Source: Microbotryum violaceum (taxonomy: Eukaryota). From it: 64,000 nucleotides of DNA. The stretch's first letter is position 1; every line of letters begins with the position of its first letter. A program made the position numbers and the translations under genes. Location of the stretch: NCBI GenBank assembly GCA_001244265.2, contig CDLV01000006.1:62001-126000 (forward strand), read 5' to 3'. The notes beneath the pieces were generated by a model. That model was not told where the DNA came from, made no database searches, and saw only the letters and a list, made by a program, of their open reading frames with translations. This document shows positions 21,655 through 34,430 of this stretch, piece by piece.

Positions 21655-24600
21655 ATGGCGGGCAACACAACCTCTCGCCCATGCCCTTGTTCCTGGTGCA
21701 AAGGGGCTTCAGTGTCAAAAGCGACCTTCTACCGCCATCACGCTCGACAACCTAATGAACCCCGCGCTACCGGAGAGGCTGCCATTCTCGAGGTATCGCG
21801 GCAGCCATCGATGCTTCTAGCACCGCCTGGTCACCAGTCTCAATTATTCCAGCCCCCACGACCTACACCCAGTTGGTTTGCAACCCGCTCGCCACAAAAA
21901 TATACCCAATCCGCAGAGCGAATCGTGTCGCGAAAGGCGTTCGTCGGTTCTTCGATGGGCGCTCAGCTCAATGACTCGGCGCTTTCAAACGACACACAAG
22001 CCTATGGCAGCGTCTCGAGTAATATTTCGCACACCGATGCATCAAACTCACCATCGCTGCCCTACGAGAGCGAAGAATTCAGTATGAACATCAGCCCCGA
22101 GCTTCCCCAGATCCCTGAAGGCGATTACGATTTCGAGCGAGCTTCTTGGACGGGGGGTCAATGAACAGTTTCGAAGGCCATGCACTGGAGTCGGACCAAG
22201 ACGTACTTCGCCAGACACAACTGTTTGAAATGACTTCCGCTTTGGAGACGACATCCCCCGCCCTGCAGCCCCTCGACAATTACAGTTCGAGCTCGCTCCC
22301 ATTCGACGACGACGATCCACTTGTCGTCGAGGAACTTTGGGGAGCGGATCAACGGTTGGATGCCAATGGTGTCTACAACACACCCACCACATCCCGATTG
22401 TCCAGCTCCCAGGAGCGCGCAGTGGCAGAGGAGGAAGTTCGCCAAGAGATCGAGTTGGGTGAGATTCATATCATAAATTGAATGTTGCTAGTGAGTAGGC
22501 GAGTGCTGCGTCCCTGATGTGAACCTCTGCTCCACTGCCTTCAGCCAAGGCTCTCCCGTACTACGACGTGGACACACTGTACGACTTTTCTTTTCGACAT
22601 ATGTACAACATGACGCGCCAGGCGAGCAAAATCTGGGAGGTACTTGGGAGTCGGCCTAGTTTGCAGAAAGTACGTGCTCGAGTGTTTGCATTAACAGGTA
22701 AGTAGTCGGGCTGCATTCCATTCTTGATCTTGAAAGCGCAGTGTTCGCTGACAGTTCGTCGATTTAGGCTTGGAGCCTGTTCGGATACCCTGCTGCGTCA
22801 AGACCTGTGTTGCTTTCACTGGGCCGAGAGAAGCATTGACACGTTGTCCAGTATGCAATTCGCCGAAACTGGATCAAAATGGCCATCCTCAAAATACATT
22901 TCTGTACCTGTCGCCCGACGTGTACTTAAACATCTACCTGCGCGATCGAGTGTACGCCTCCTTGATGCCTTATCGATCTGACTTTGAGCGCAATCGAGAT
23001 CCTCAAGAGGTCGTGGACTTATTTGACGGTGATCGTTATCGCGAGAAGCTGGATCAGAACATATCATGGACGAACCCACCTATCGCAGGTGCATCCCAAC
23101 CGACCGTCTCTACAATCAACGTCAAGTATTATGAGAACGATGTCGACGTCGCGTTCGGGCTGTTTACCGATGGTATTCAACTATTCAACAAGAATCAGAG
23201 CGAATGCTGGCCAATCATGATGATCAATTACAACCTACCGCCAGAGATACGTTACAAGAAGAAGCATCTCATGACCGTCGGCATCATACCCGGCCCCAAG
23301 GGCCCCAAAGACACTGATTCATTTCTTCATCCCCTATACGAAGATGCTCGAGCATCGGCTAGAAACGGACACATGGTCTTTGACGGTGTTACCGAGGTGT
23401 GTAATAGCGTCGCCGAGTTAAGTCCTGCATATCCTCCGCCCCGTGGAGACTGATGCACATTGCCGCATTGACAGACCATGGTGCGACAGCGATGGTTCAT
23501 ACACGTGATTGGAGGCGACGGACCTGCTCTCTCAAAGATGCTTGGTTTCAAGGGTCCAACCGCCAAATGGCCTTGCCGAGTCTGCCTCATTCAAGGAGTT
23601 CCATGCGCTGCTGCCCACAATCACAACTACTACCCCCTCAAGATGCCTCTCGACTCATCGCATGCGAACCGATCTGATCTGACCGCTTTGGATCTTCCCA
23701 TGCGTTCGGAAGCAACGATCCGCGAAGCGGCATCGGAAAAAAATCCTACATTCGGCCTCAGCAAGCTGAGCTCGGCGGCGCATCTTCCTGGATTTTCGCT
23801 TCATCAAGACGGACCTTCGGACTTCATGCACGCTGTCTTCGAAAACGTCGCTCGAAAGTTCTTCAATATGTGGCATGGTGACTTGGCGGCTCAGAAATCA
23901 AAGGGTTACAAGACCCAGGCGCTACAAGCTCAGAGAGGCAGATCCGCGCAAGGAAAGGTGACATCGGCGGCTAGTGCAGAAGCAACGACGTCCGCGGCCG
24001 CAGTAGACGAAGCGCTTGGGAACGACTTACCTGACTGGGTGATACCAAACAAAATATGGGAGGTCATTGGCCAGGAAATCACCAACGGCGTAAAGACAAT
24101 ACCCAGCCTATTCGCTCCAAAGATGCCCAACATCCACCTACAGACTGGAGCAATGACTGCAGAGGATTGGTCGAACTGGATTCTCTATGTTGGCCCCTGT
24201 GTTCTTCATGATCGACTGCCCGCCAAATATTTCGCCCACTTCCTGGCGCTTCGGAGGTGGGTTAAAGATTGCATGGCTATGACAATCAACAAGGAGGATG
24301 TAGCCAAGGATGGCGCTCTTCGACGTGACATAGCCTCCTGGTGTACCGAGTTTGGATCGTAAGCCCTCACGGTGCCACTCTTCCCTGAAGGACCTCAGTC
24401 ATCTGACCCTAATCTGCCTTGTTTACCTCGGCTTCAGATTATATTACTCAGGGAAATCAGCTCACTTGATCAATCTGCCGCACTCGGTTCATGCGGTCTT
24501 ACACATAGCCGATTTCATCGAATGGCATGGGCCACCTGCCATGACTTGGTGCTTTGCCATGGAGCGGCTCAACCAAACGGTCAAGCGTGTCGCAAGCAAG

Positions 24601-25876
24601 GCTCATCGTCTACCATATGAAGCAGTGAATCGTTGTCAGTAATGCTCTGCCCAAGGAATACGAGTTGATTGCGATGTAAAATCTCTGACCACTTCTCTGT
24701 AACCCATGCAGATGTGTGTGCGGATGCTGCCTTGCAAATGGCGTGTTCGCGCTTTCCTCGCTTCTCTTATCCCATCACTGTACCGGCACTGATGAAGCAT
24801 CAGCAGGACAAGCAGATGGAGCTCGAGCAGATGCAACAGTCACGGGGGATGTTCATGAACGCAACGGGAGATCAAATGCGCGGTTCGTCCGCGGCCGCAT
24901 CACGACAAGCTTCGAGTGAAAATGGGGACTCGGGGCCGAAGCTTTGGGTCTTTACGGACGGCGCAGTGACAAGCTGAAGCAGGGACCGGGTATCAACGAT
25001 GTAATGCGAGTTGCGCAATTCATTGCACGCGAATTGTTTGGTCAGCTGGCCCCTGTGGTCTTCAAGCGAAAGGTGCGTATTCACATTTGGTTCAGATCCA
25101 TCCGGCATTTCGAATTGCTAATCTGCGGCTCACTGCCGCATAGGTTGACGCAATCAGGACATCAATTTTGAGCTTGTCGATCAATTCTTTTGAAGGCTAC
25201 CGCATGGACTCTGGACGGGACCGGATTGCGGCGGCGGAGCGACTGTCAAAGCATGCAAGAGTTTCTGCAGACACACGGGATGCTTCATGGATCTCAGTAA
25301 GTTATAGTACCAGGTTACGATTACAGTTACGCTGAGGAAGCATTTTCAGTACGATCTATTGATAGACAGTAGTCGACGTCGTGCAAAAGACAACTCTCAG
25401 GCGTTCCCTCGTGAAGGCGAAGGAGCCGATCGTGTCAAACATTTTGGTCAACTTTTGGCGATTTATGAGTTCCGATATGGGGAGCAGGTGCGCGCATTCG
25501 CACTTGGTTGTGCCAGACGGCCTTACGACCCTGACACATTCCTCTCGCTTCATAGAACTTCCTGCTTGGGAAGGTACGGTCGCTTGGTTTGAGCCACTTG
25601 CAACCTGTCGACACGGTCGAACGGGCCCCGATTGCCAAGCCGACGCCAAAGAGGCAAAAGAGGAAGGCTTTGTCTGTTGTAGGAGGGCACAAGCATCAGA
25701 ATTTGTTCTTCACTCAAGGTAAACGTGCTTCAGGAGCGGTCGAGATTGTGGATCTGCGGTGCATCCTGGGCTCAGCTGGTCGCATACATCGGAGGGTTGG
25801 TCGAGAGGAGTCCCGGGAGTACATCTTTGACCGGATGGATGACGAAGCTCGGCCCAATTTTCTGAATCTGGAATAA
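21655..25876 (+). CDS. CACTA/EnSpm Tnp2-family DDE transposase, multi-exon, with two unresolved frame switches (~22160, ~24940)
   Basis: CPCSWC..FYRHH, CCVKTCVAF..CPVC, GLFTDG, NYNLPPEIR, GIIPGP, GGDGPA..CRVC, DFMH and WCFAMER. GT-AG introns restore the frame at the other junctions. Confidence 0.85.
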
Positions 25877-28800
25877 TACACTGGCTTCCTTCACTCGTCT
25901 GTTTCATCCACTGCCAGAGGCAAGAGTGTTACAGAGAAGTTCTAGACATCCGAGTGGTGGTATTGCGGTGGTAACAACCCAGACCCGGTAGTAACTACGC
26001 TGCACGTACAGAAGAAACCCGGAGGCCGGGGGAATAACCATCCAGGCAGATATTACCCATGTCAAAGCTAATACCCGGCTGGGGGGTATTACCGCGCGCC
26101 CGGGTATTCCCCGTCGGCTGGGTATTACCCGCGGAGATGGGTAATACCCGTCAGAGAGTTAATGCCCGACATGGGGTTAATACCGCGCGCCTGGGTATTA
26201 CCCGTCAGCTGGGCATTACCCAGGCGCGCTCGGGACAATACCCAGGTGAGACCTGGGTAATACCCTTCAGAATGGGTATTACCGGAATTAACCGACCCTC
26301 AGTGTTGGAGGACGAAGCTCGGCCCAATTTCTTGAACTTGTAATCCATTCCCAGCTGTTTTCCATCTGCTAGGCTAGAAGTCATTTGGCTCATGCTGAGA
26401 CAGCTGAGAGTAGCGGTATGACTAGGATCTAGATCCAATATATAAGTGGACAATACCATACCTGGCTGGGAAAACCACCGGGCGAGGGTAATAATGGTGC
26501 CGGCTGGTATTACCACGCGCCTGGGCAGAATCTCATTCGGCCGGGGCGATATCACCTTGCGACCTGGCAATACCCAGGCGTCTGGGTAATACTCGACGGC
26601 CTGGTATTTCCAAGTGACGGCTGGAATTACCACGCGCTTGGGTAAAATCAGCGCGCGCGTGGAAATAACACCCTGCGCCCTGGAAATACCCAGGCGCGTG
26701 GTAAAACCAGGACCGTGGTAAAACCAGGCACCCTGGAAATACCAGGCTGTCGGGTATTACCCAAGCGCGCTTTTGTAAATACCAGATGAGACCTCGGGTA
26801 TTCCCCTCCGAGGGTGGAATTCCCCGCTCTCTACGGCCCTCAGTGATTTTGCTGATGCTGGCGCCGAGTGACTTCAGTTCAAGACTTGACTCGGAGGCGC
26901 CTGATTTTGCTCTTACCCAAAACAAGTTTAAATCTTGCCCTCGGATAAGGTCCCATTGCAACGTTCGGATGCATGATCCAGCGCCACCGTGAACCTAAAC
27001 CCAGTAATGAACAGAGAATACTTTCTATGCTGTGCTTGGTATTGTGTGGGTTTACCTCTGCTGAAACCATGCATAGTGCTCAATATTCCTGCAATTTTAC
27101 ATCACATTATGCCGTTGGTTCACGGTTACCTACTGGTAGCAACTCGTGAGCAGAGGGGTGTTGCCAATTGGACATCAGGCAGCACCCTGCAATGACCATC
27201 GCGAGCAACAACACACCGTTGCGGCCGGCGGTGCACGGATGTGCAAGAAGAGCCCGGATTCTGCTCGCTGGCACAAAATTTAGCTATTTTCAGTTACGGA
27301 TCCATTCGCCGTTGGTCCAGTCTCAGATCAAATGTCATGCCTCGCCACTGACCACCAGCCTGAACTCGAACTACTAAGAGTCCACGACCGATGAAACTGG
27401 AGCTCGACCTCAAGGACACGTCTATCAGCAATCCTGCTTGCGCCAGCGATGTCCCAAGACAGCTCGGGATCACGATCACCGACATCAGGATCGAATATCG
27501 TGTGGGAGCGAACGCCGCCCGCCGACCATTGGACCCGATCAAACAAGAAGATTGAAGCTGAAGATGTATGGGGAGGTAACTTGTTGACGCATGGCCGCAT
27601 TGAATTTGCATGCTTTTCCATGAGACCTTGTGGCTGACCGGTACATGGGTACGATTTTGACTAAACCCAGCATGCATAAAGCAGGCGGCAGTTCAACTTG
27701 AAGCTGTCTTGCGTCTGTCGAAGCTGAGGAAGCCAGGAACGTGCTTTCTTGTGCGCCACCGACAGCCGGAGGCCACAACCAACTGCAATCGTAGCATGAC
27801 TGGTGTCGGTAACCTTGCTCTGATCCCCGCGTCTGTAGCTTCCGACGTTCAACGCTGCGCGCCTTCCCAGCTGCCTCTCAGTCCAACCTCGATCGAGGCA
27901 TCAGCTTCGATGCCATCCACGGCGGCTTCGGGGCCGAATTTGCGCATCGTTTGTACAACCATTTGAATGTCGCTGAGACAATGATCGAGGGCCACCCGAG
28001 CTTGCCGGACCGAGTGAGCAATGAACTCACTGGCTTGGCGAAGCAGCGATGTCGAAGCCAGTCAGCGAGCGGCAAGTTTACTACTGAGCATAGCATGGTC
28101 CGGCTCGGCGACGACACGGACTCACATGTGCAACGAAGCCGCCTCAACACACACTCTGCGTGAAAGCTCAGACGGTCGCAATAGCTGGTCGACCGACACG
28201 ACGCGTTGTAGCAGAGTTGAGTCTGCCGCGGTTGGAAATGGAACTGTCATGGATCTGGAGTGGCTCGCCGATGGGACCGAGGTTGGTGTGAGCACAGGGC
28301 GTGAGCGACGGAAGAAACCTCATCAACGAAGAATGACTCAACATGGTGTGCCATTGATCGCGCGAGTTCGACATTTCCACGGTCGCGATAGATGCGAGCG
28401 GGCAGGAATCAAGCTCCCGGGCAACAGCGCTGACACTGCTGAGCCTTGCTGCGAGACCCAAAGGCTCGGGCCCTGCTAGCCCTGCTACTGCCCTGGCGCT
28501 TGGTCGCTCGTCGAGCGTCTCGTTTCGGCCAAGTTGGGGCCGTAATACGACAAACAGTCTCCGACTGCACGACGTTCGTGCCGATCTCTATGAATATAAA
28601 TAATATATAATAAATGGCTTTGGTTCGGGCTTGGGGGCGAATTCCCTCACGACACGGCCCCGCGAAGAAACCGGCGGGGCAGCGCAAGCAAGGCGAGGCA
28701 AACCGGGGAGGCGGGCGGGAACCCATCATCTGAAGTTTCGAGCGAGCTTGAACCGGCGATGTTGCGAGCCTGAATAGTTGCAATTGGTTCTAGCAAGAGG

Positions 28801-29111
28801 GAGTGATTCACACCGCTGATCACGTAGGTCTCGAATCTGAAATCCGTGGTGCATGCTTATCTCGATACGTACACTCAAAAACTACAAAACACGAAAAAGG
28901 TTTACGAGGGAGGCTCAATGTAGGAGTTGGGTCTGCAGTGGCTAGGCTAAACAAGGATAAGTCGCCTGCCACTTAGCACCGCCAGCGTATGGTCTTTTCG
29001 GCTTTTGCTGCAAGGATTTGACGCGCCGATGCAAGCTCGCGCGCACGGACCCTTTCTCCCCGTGGATGCTATAGCTGTGTTTCCGACACACACGGGCTCA
29101 CGGGTGGTATT

Positions 29112-29773
29112 CAAGGATTCTCATAGGATCAGATCACCGGAGGATCGGCTCAGATCCGATCCTTCTTTTTTCCCAATCCGCGTTGATCTATCCTTTCTTG
29201 ATCCTATCCAGAAGGATCAATTTGATTTGAGACATTTAACCGCCTTATATGGCAACAGATGACTATATCTCATTGTTTGTTGCTATCGGTGTTGAGCGCA
29301 TCATTTTCACTACTACCACCACTATTGTGCCCATCATAACTATGTTCCTCATCCTTGTCGGCACCATTATCACCATCATCATCCGAACTGATCACCTCAC
29401 TGATTCGCCTTTTTTTATGAGCTCCGATTGCGCGCGTTGCCCTCGCCGGTGTAGGTGGGTTTCGCATGACATCTACAAAATGCGAACATAGTTCTATAGT
29501 CAGTTTAGACTTGTGTAACAAGTGTCATGTTGGATAGTGGTACATACCCTGTAGCGCGCTCTTGTGAACGGCAGGTATCAGTTAAAGGGCTATCTACCGA
29601 GTAACGACGCTACATTGCCTCCCCCCCCCCCGATTTTTTCTTAAATATTTTTTCATTTTTTCCTCCGAGGCTTGATCTATCTTATCTTGATCCTGCCCAG
29701 CTAGGATCAGATCAACCTGATCCTAAAATATCCTGCCCAGCCAGGATCGATCCTGATCCTATGAGAACCCTTG
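29112..29773. mobile_element. 662-bp hAT-like MITE
   Basis: 21-bp TIR CAAGG(A/G)TTCTCATAGGATCAG; GGATC/GATCC subterminal repeats; decayed 8-bp TSD GTGGTATT / GCGGTAGT. Confidence 0.78.
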
Positions 29774-29939
29774 GCGGTAGTCGCAATGCACGTTCCCTTT
29801 TTGGGCCTTCACTGCGTTGTCGACGTTTCCTTACCAGCTTCTGCGGCTGCGTCCACCACCTGTAGGGACAGGTGCATTCCTCACTCCCAAGACTACCTCC
29901 CAGCTGATGAGGTCGCTGATCGAGAGTTACATCTTGCCG

Positions 29940-32900
29940 GACGTTCCCGATTGTCCGGTTGTTAACTTTTTGTGGAACCCAAGCTCGATCTTCGTTGTTC
30001 CATCTAAATTGGGTTGGCACGTCAACGTAAAGCAATTCTTTTGCGTTGTGATCGGGCGGCGTCTTGGCGCACAATTTGATGAAGGCGGTTAACGTTGTTT
30101 CCGGTGGCGCTGATAAGCCGGTGTTCCGTGATCTGGGTCGAACCAAACTTGTTGCTCATTCGGGAGGTGCAGCGCAAGTCTGGCCACTGCGGGATCCCGA
30201 TGGTGCATCCCGAATCGAAATATCCGGTGAATGGCTTCGGGGGCGCAAACATATCGAGCGTCAAGGAACTTGTTGATTTCGTCTTGACCTCTGGGTTCGT
30301 CGATCGTGAATGAAGTACGGTCATGGCCCTTGTAAACGTACTTGTACAGGTACTTGATCGCAGCAACGCCGCTCGCAATTTCCACATTGACATGACAGTT
30401 GTACTTGGACACAAGGAACGGATTTGTTGGAACAACGTTTGCATCCGTATAAACTTCTTCTTGCGCTATGCCCGGGAATTTGACATACTGGGGTATGCCG
30501 CAACGCGGGTAGTGTGGATAGCCGCCGTCTTTGCTGGTCGTGCGCGGTTGGAGTCGTTTGGGAAACCATTTGGTACATTTTCCATGGTCGTCATGGCAGG
30601 TATGCTTGCCGGGACGATCACATCGCTGGTGTAGCATGGAGTTTGTGATGGTCTCAAACAACGCAGGGAATTTGTCGCGGTCCGGTATTTCTGCAGGCAC
30701 TATCTTGTCGTAGTCGTCATTTGTTTTTGGTTTGTCTTCTGGATCCATGATCAAAAGGATATGGGCATGAGGCAGCCCGCGCTTTTGAAATTCGACAACA
30801 TAGACATATGCAATGACCTGCGGAAATAATTGAGACTCATGAGCATCCTATCCATTTTATGTTGACCGCACCGATTGACATACCTTTCCAAAGACTCCGG
30901 CTGCACAGCCAACGCCTAATACATCTACAAGAAGTGCTTTCAATTTTCCGTGAAAGACCCGTGTTACTATGTCGGGACCGTCGGATGTGGTTTGGCCCGG
31001 AAGCAACGCGTTGACAATTTCCGACCAGGCAGGGTTGCATGTCATCGTGATGAATATATCCGGAGCACCAAAAACACGAACGATGGCCATAGCATCTTGG
31101 TAAAGTTGGACCATTTGGCGTGGTGATCCGGTGTGTGAGGACAGTAGATTGACTCTTTTGCCAATCTGCGCGGGATCGAGTCCTTTATTAGAACCTAAAG
31201 CCAAGGCACGAGATACGTTTAGTACGAGAGTCGAGGATGATAGTAAAGACAGTTGGAGAAGAAGAGAAGCGCAGAGTAGGAGCGCGCGAGGCAAGCAATA
31301 GCCGCGCGAGGCGACTAATATGAACAACTAGTAACTAATCGTGATCGGTAATAGAAGTGGGATGAAACAGCAATATACACTCTGACATCCTTCAGCCAGG
31401 CTTGCTTGAAGGGACAAATACTCTTTGGCTCTGAGCTTTTTCTGATTCACTCTCATCCAATATAGCCGTTCTTGTTCAGTTAATGCCCAGGCATCCGCGA
31501 CAAATTTCTGGAACAACCGCCCCCCAAGGAACAACGTTGGGTAACTGATATCTTGAGGACAAATATGGAAGTAAAACGCGTTGAATTGGCTCTGCGTCAC
31601 ATGTTTGGATCCGGCGCTTCCGGTTTGTGGGATGGCATTGGCATTATCCGTTGTGCGTTGCAATACGCCGTCTTCTTCGCGCACGTGCCAAGCTGCCTCC
31701 GTTGCAATAGCGTTTTGGCTGAGCAGAATTCTGTCGTGGTACAAGTCTTCGCCATACGGTAACAATAGCGGGTACGTGAGTGCCATGAGTGCAGGGTGAC
31801 CATCGTGAATAATTTGAATTCCGCGGCCCTCATTGTTTGGCGGGTGACCTAACCAAACAATGATCTGTCTTCTTGAAGATCGGTACTCGGTCTCGTCTCC
31901 AGGTAGTACGACGGCCACCTCCTCTTGCGTTGGCAGGTTGTACGTTCTCGGGTCTCAATTGCGCGGTGCAAGTAAGCGGAGCTGGTACATGTGAGACACT
32001 TTGCTGTTCATGAACTCTTGTGCCGTCAAGAACAGTTTGACGTGACTGTTGTGGAGTTGCAGCATGTTGTCAAGTACAGGAACAATTTGCTGATAAGCTG
32101 AGTCCAGACGTCAAACTTCTTCCGGCGGTCCGTTGAATCTTTGTCGGGCTTCAACACGTTCGGTCGGCGCCAGGAATAGAATTTGAGCAAAGACGGGGTC
32201 GTCTGCTGGGCCTGGGGCTAGCGTGCGGATACGGTGAAATACTGTTCCACTAAAGTAGAAGGATGGTGGTCCGGAGCCGCTGATTATGCCATGGCCCTTG
32301 CTTGTGCTGAATGATGCCATAGCAAAGCTTTTGTTGAATGCAAGAATGCGGTCCCAAAAGATCTTCTCAACTGTTTCACGGATAGTCAGCGAGGCCGTTA
32401 GTCAGCTGTACTAATTCTAGCAAGTTGAACAAATCGACGTGTACTAACCTGGGCCATCGCCAGTCAGGAGCTCGAGCAGCTCGGGCGGGGGCCTTTTGAT
32501 CCCGGGCAATCGAACTTTGCCGCCCGCGCAACAGAATTTGAACGGTGTGGCACCGCCTGGGGTCGATGACTTTTCGAACTCCCAGTGTAGAGCCAAACAG
32601 ATCGGACATTGCAACGTCATTGATCCAAGATTGTGCCGGGGAAAAGGCCCTTCTGGCAACGGTAGCAGCGCAGTTGGGACGGTCTGGCTCAATTGCTCTC
32701 TTGCGTGTTGTTGTTGTTGATGCTGCCCCGCGGATCGTTGATCGACGACAGTATTGGCTGAAGTCGCAGTTGCTTCTGTACTTGAACTGGCGACGCGAGA
32801 AAGGCTTGGAACGGCTTCCAAGCGTGGACGAACGAATCTCAAGCCCGGAGGTGAAGGACTGCGGGCCCGTTGTACTTGCCGGGCAACATTGGGACTGCCG

Positions 32901-33610
32901 ACTGCCTGTGCAGAGCAACTCGACAATCCATTTTGTGCGATGTCAAGTTGATGGATTGGTGGCGGCGTCTGTGCAATTAGAGCGGGAGTCGGGTTGTGCG
33001 GAGGGGCGCCTGCAGCCTGCAGCCTCGCGGGCCGCGCGCTCAGCTTGCTCACATTGCCGATGTCTCTGCTGCCCCAGTGCTCTCCGTGAAGGTTGTTGTT
33101 GAGGAGACGGGACGTGAGAGTTAGCTGACATTTTGGCAGTTGTAGAGGTTGTTGGCGGGGGCGTCTGTGGGTCGGGTTGGGCGGAGGAGCAGGAAGGCAG
33201 GGGGTCCACACATTCACGTTTTTTACTGTCGTCACGCGCGAGTTCTGGACTGATGCTTTGCGCAAGGCAGCCTCATTGGCGGCGTGCTCAGCCTCGCGGA
33301 CAGCGCGTCGGCGATCCCTCGGCTGCCCATCGGGGCTCTGCTGTCCGTGGAAATGTTATACAGCAGACGGGACGTAAAAGCTTGCAGATGAATTTTCGGC
33401 AGTTGCAGGAACTGATGATTGAAGTGCTACGCTACAATGTGGTAGACAGCTGTGATGGGAAATGGAACCTTGGCGAAGGTAGACAAAGCGGTCTCGCCAA
33501 TGCTGAAACAGTGCTAGCTAACTGGAACGCGCCAGACCAAGAGCTGCTGATGACGTCACGCCACGTGGTTTGTCTTTCGTTCTTTGACATTCTTTGTCTG
33601 AGGCAATAGA
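29940..33610 (-). mobile_element. Helitron 1, 3'-truncated (Rep portion only)
   Basis: Zn-finger CPICLALHW..CCAGGKV, FITMTCNPAW, HUH motif EFQKRGLPHAHIL and KYLYKYVYKG. Candidate 5' end A|TCTATT at 33610. Confidence 0.88.
31186..31387 (-). repeat. Solo LTR of the copia D family inside Helitron 1, TSD TCCTT
   Basis: Reverse complement of the LTR at 54927-55129; TCCTT at 31181-31185 and 31388-31392. Confidence 0.95.
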
Positions 33611-34430
33611 TTCATTTAGTAGTTTAGTACTATGTTTAGTATAAGTTTTAAGGATAGTAGATTTGGCCCCTAGATAAGATGCCATCTATATCTTAGCGAG
33701 ATGTGTGAAAGGCACGAGATTGCTCTCGAGCCTCACTGGTTCCGAGTCCAAACTGAAAGGATCAAACAGTGTAATTCGCAGGCAAAGAAAGACTACTGAA
33801 AGGACTAAGGTCAAGAGACGCGGCACCTTACAATGTGCTAAGATAGATATCTAGACATCTAAAGGGGAACCCTGACGTCCGGGCCAGAGCCTGCAGCTCG
33901 GGCAGCAGGTGGTGTTTGGTGGACGTCCAAGCTGCTGGTGGATCATTGAGCGTCTGGAGGAGGGCTTCGTTGTAAAGGGTGCAGACAATGGAGGCGAGGT
34001 ACTCGCAGGTCGCGTTGCCCTCGATCACGTGCAAACCCAGCTTGAATTTGCCCGGACCAATGTCGATTGCGCACGGCACTGGGAACCGTGCCACAACCAT
34101 TAAGTGCATCAATTTGAGGACAGGAGCCCAAATTTTGTGATCATGGAAGCGGTCGACCCAATCAGGCGAGACATAAATGCAGTCAAGGCGACGGCACGTG
34201 CCGGGCGCTGAGTGATTCGTCGTGGCTCATCCTTTGGGATGGTGGAGCCAATAGGTGTCAAAAAGATTGTTGGCCGTGGCAAGGTCGCGCATCTCCTGAC
34301 CCCCATAATTCGTTCCGTTAGGGGCTGGGACTCAACACAATTCCAGTCTCCCCCGACTAGGAGCGCAGGCGGCAAGGGTTCGTCACGTACCCTCCCAGAG
34401 GGAGGGCTTAGTTGAGCTTAGAAGTAGTTA
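33611..34430 (-). mobile_element. Internally deleted non-LTR (LINE) fragment: APE endonuclease end plus 3' tail
   Basis: LLVGGDWNC, RRLDCIY, DHKI and GPGKFKL motifs; A-rich ACTAAA-type tail at ~33611-33660. Confidence 0.65.

Larger units (their letters stand above)
19557..26304 (+). mobile_element. Near full-length CACTA/EnSpm (CACTG) transposon with 3-bp TSD TTG
   Basis: Ends CACTGAG (19557) and CTCAGTG (26304); TTG at 19554-19556 and 26305-26307; GGTA(A/T)TACC subterminal repeats at both ends; two divergently oriented genes. Confidence 0.95.
16829..26845 (+). mobile_element. Outer CACTA (CACTG) element, internally deleted and missing its left terminus
   Basis: Right end ...CCCTCAGTG at 26845. 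GGTA(A/T)TACC subterminal arrays at 16830-17005 and 26450-26820. Carries paralogues of both genes of the inner element. Confidence 0.85.

Noticed and set aside
26850-28500. Possible degenerate gene between the CACTA end and the foldback
   Set aside because: Only short ORFs in mixed frames, no recognisable motif and no consistent splice model.
28700-28755. Hammerhead ribozyme on the minus strand (GAAAC...CAGATGA)
   Set aside because: The core CUGANGA is absent and the stems and order do not fit.
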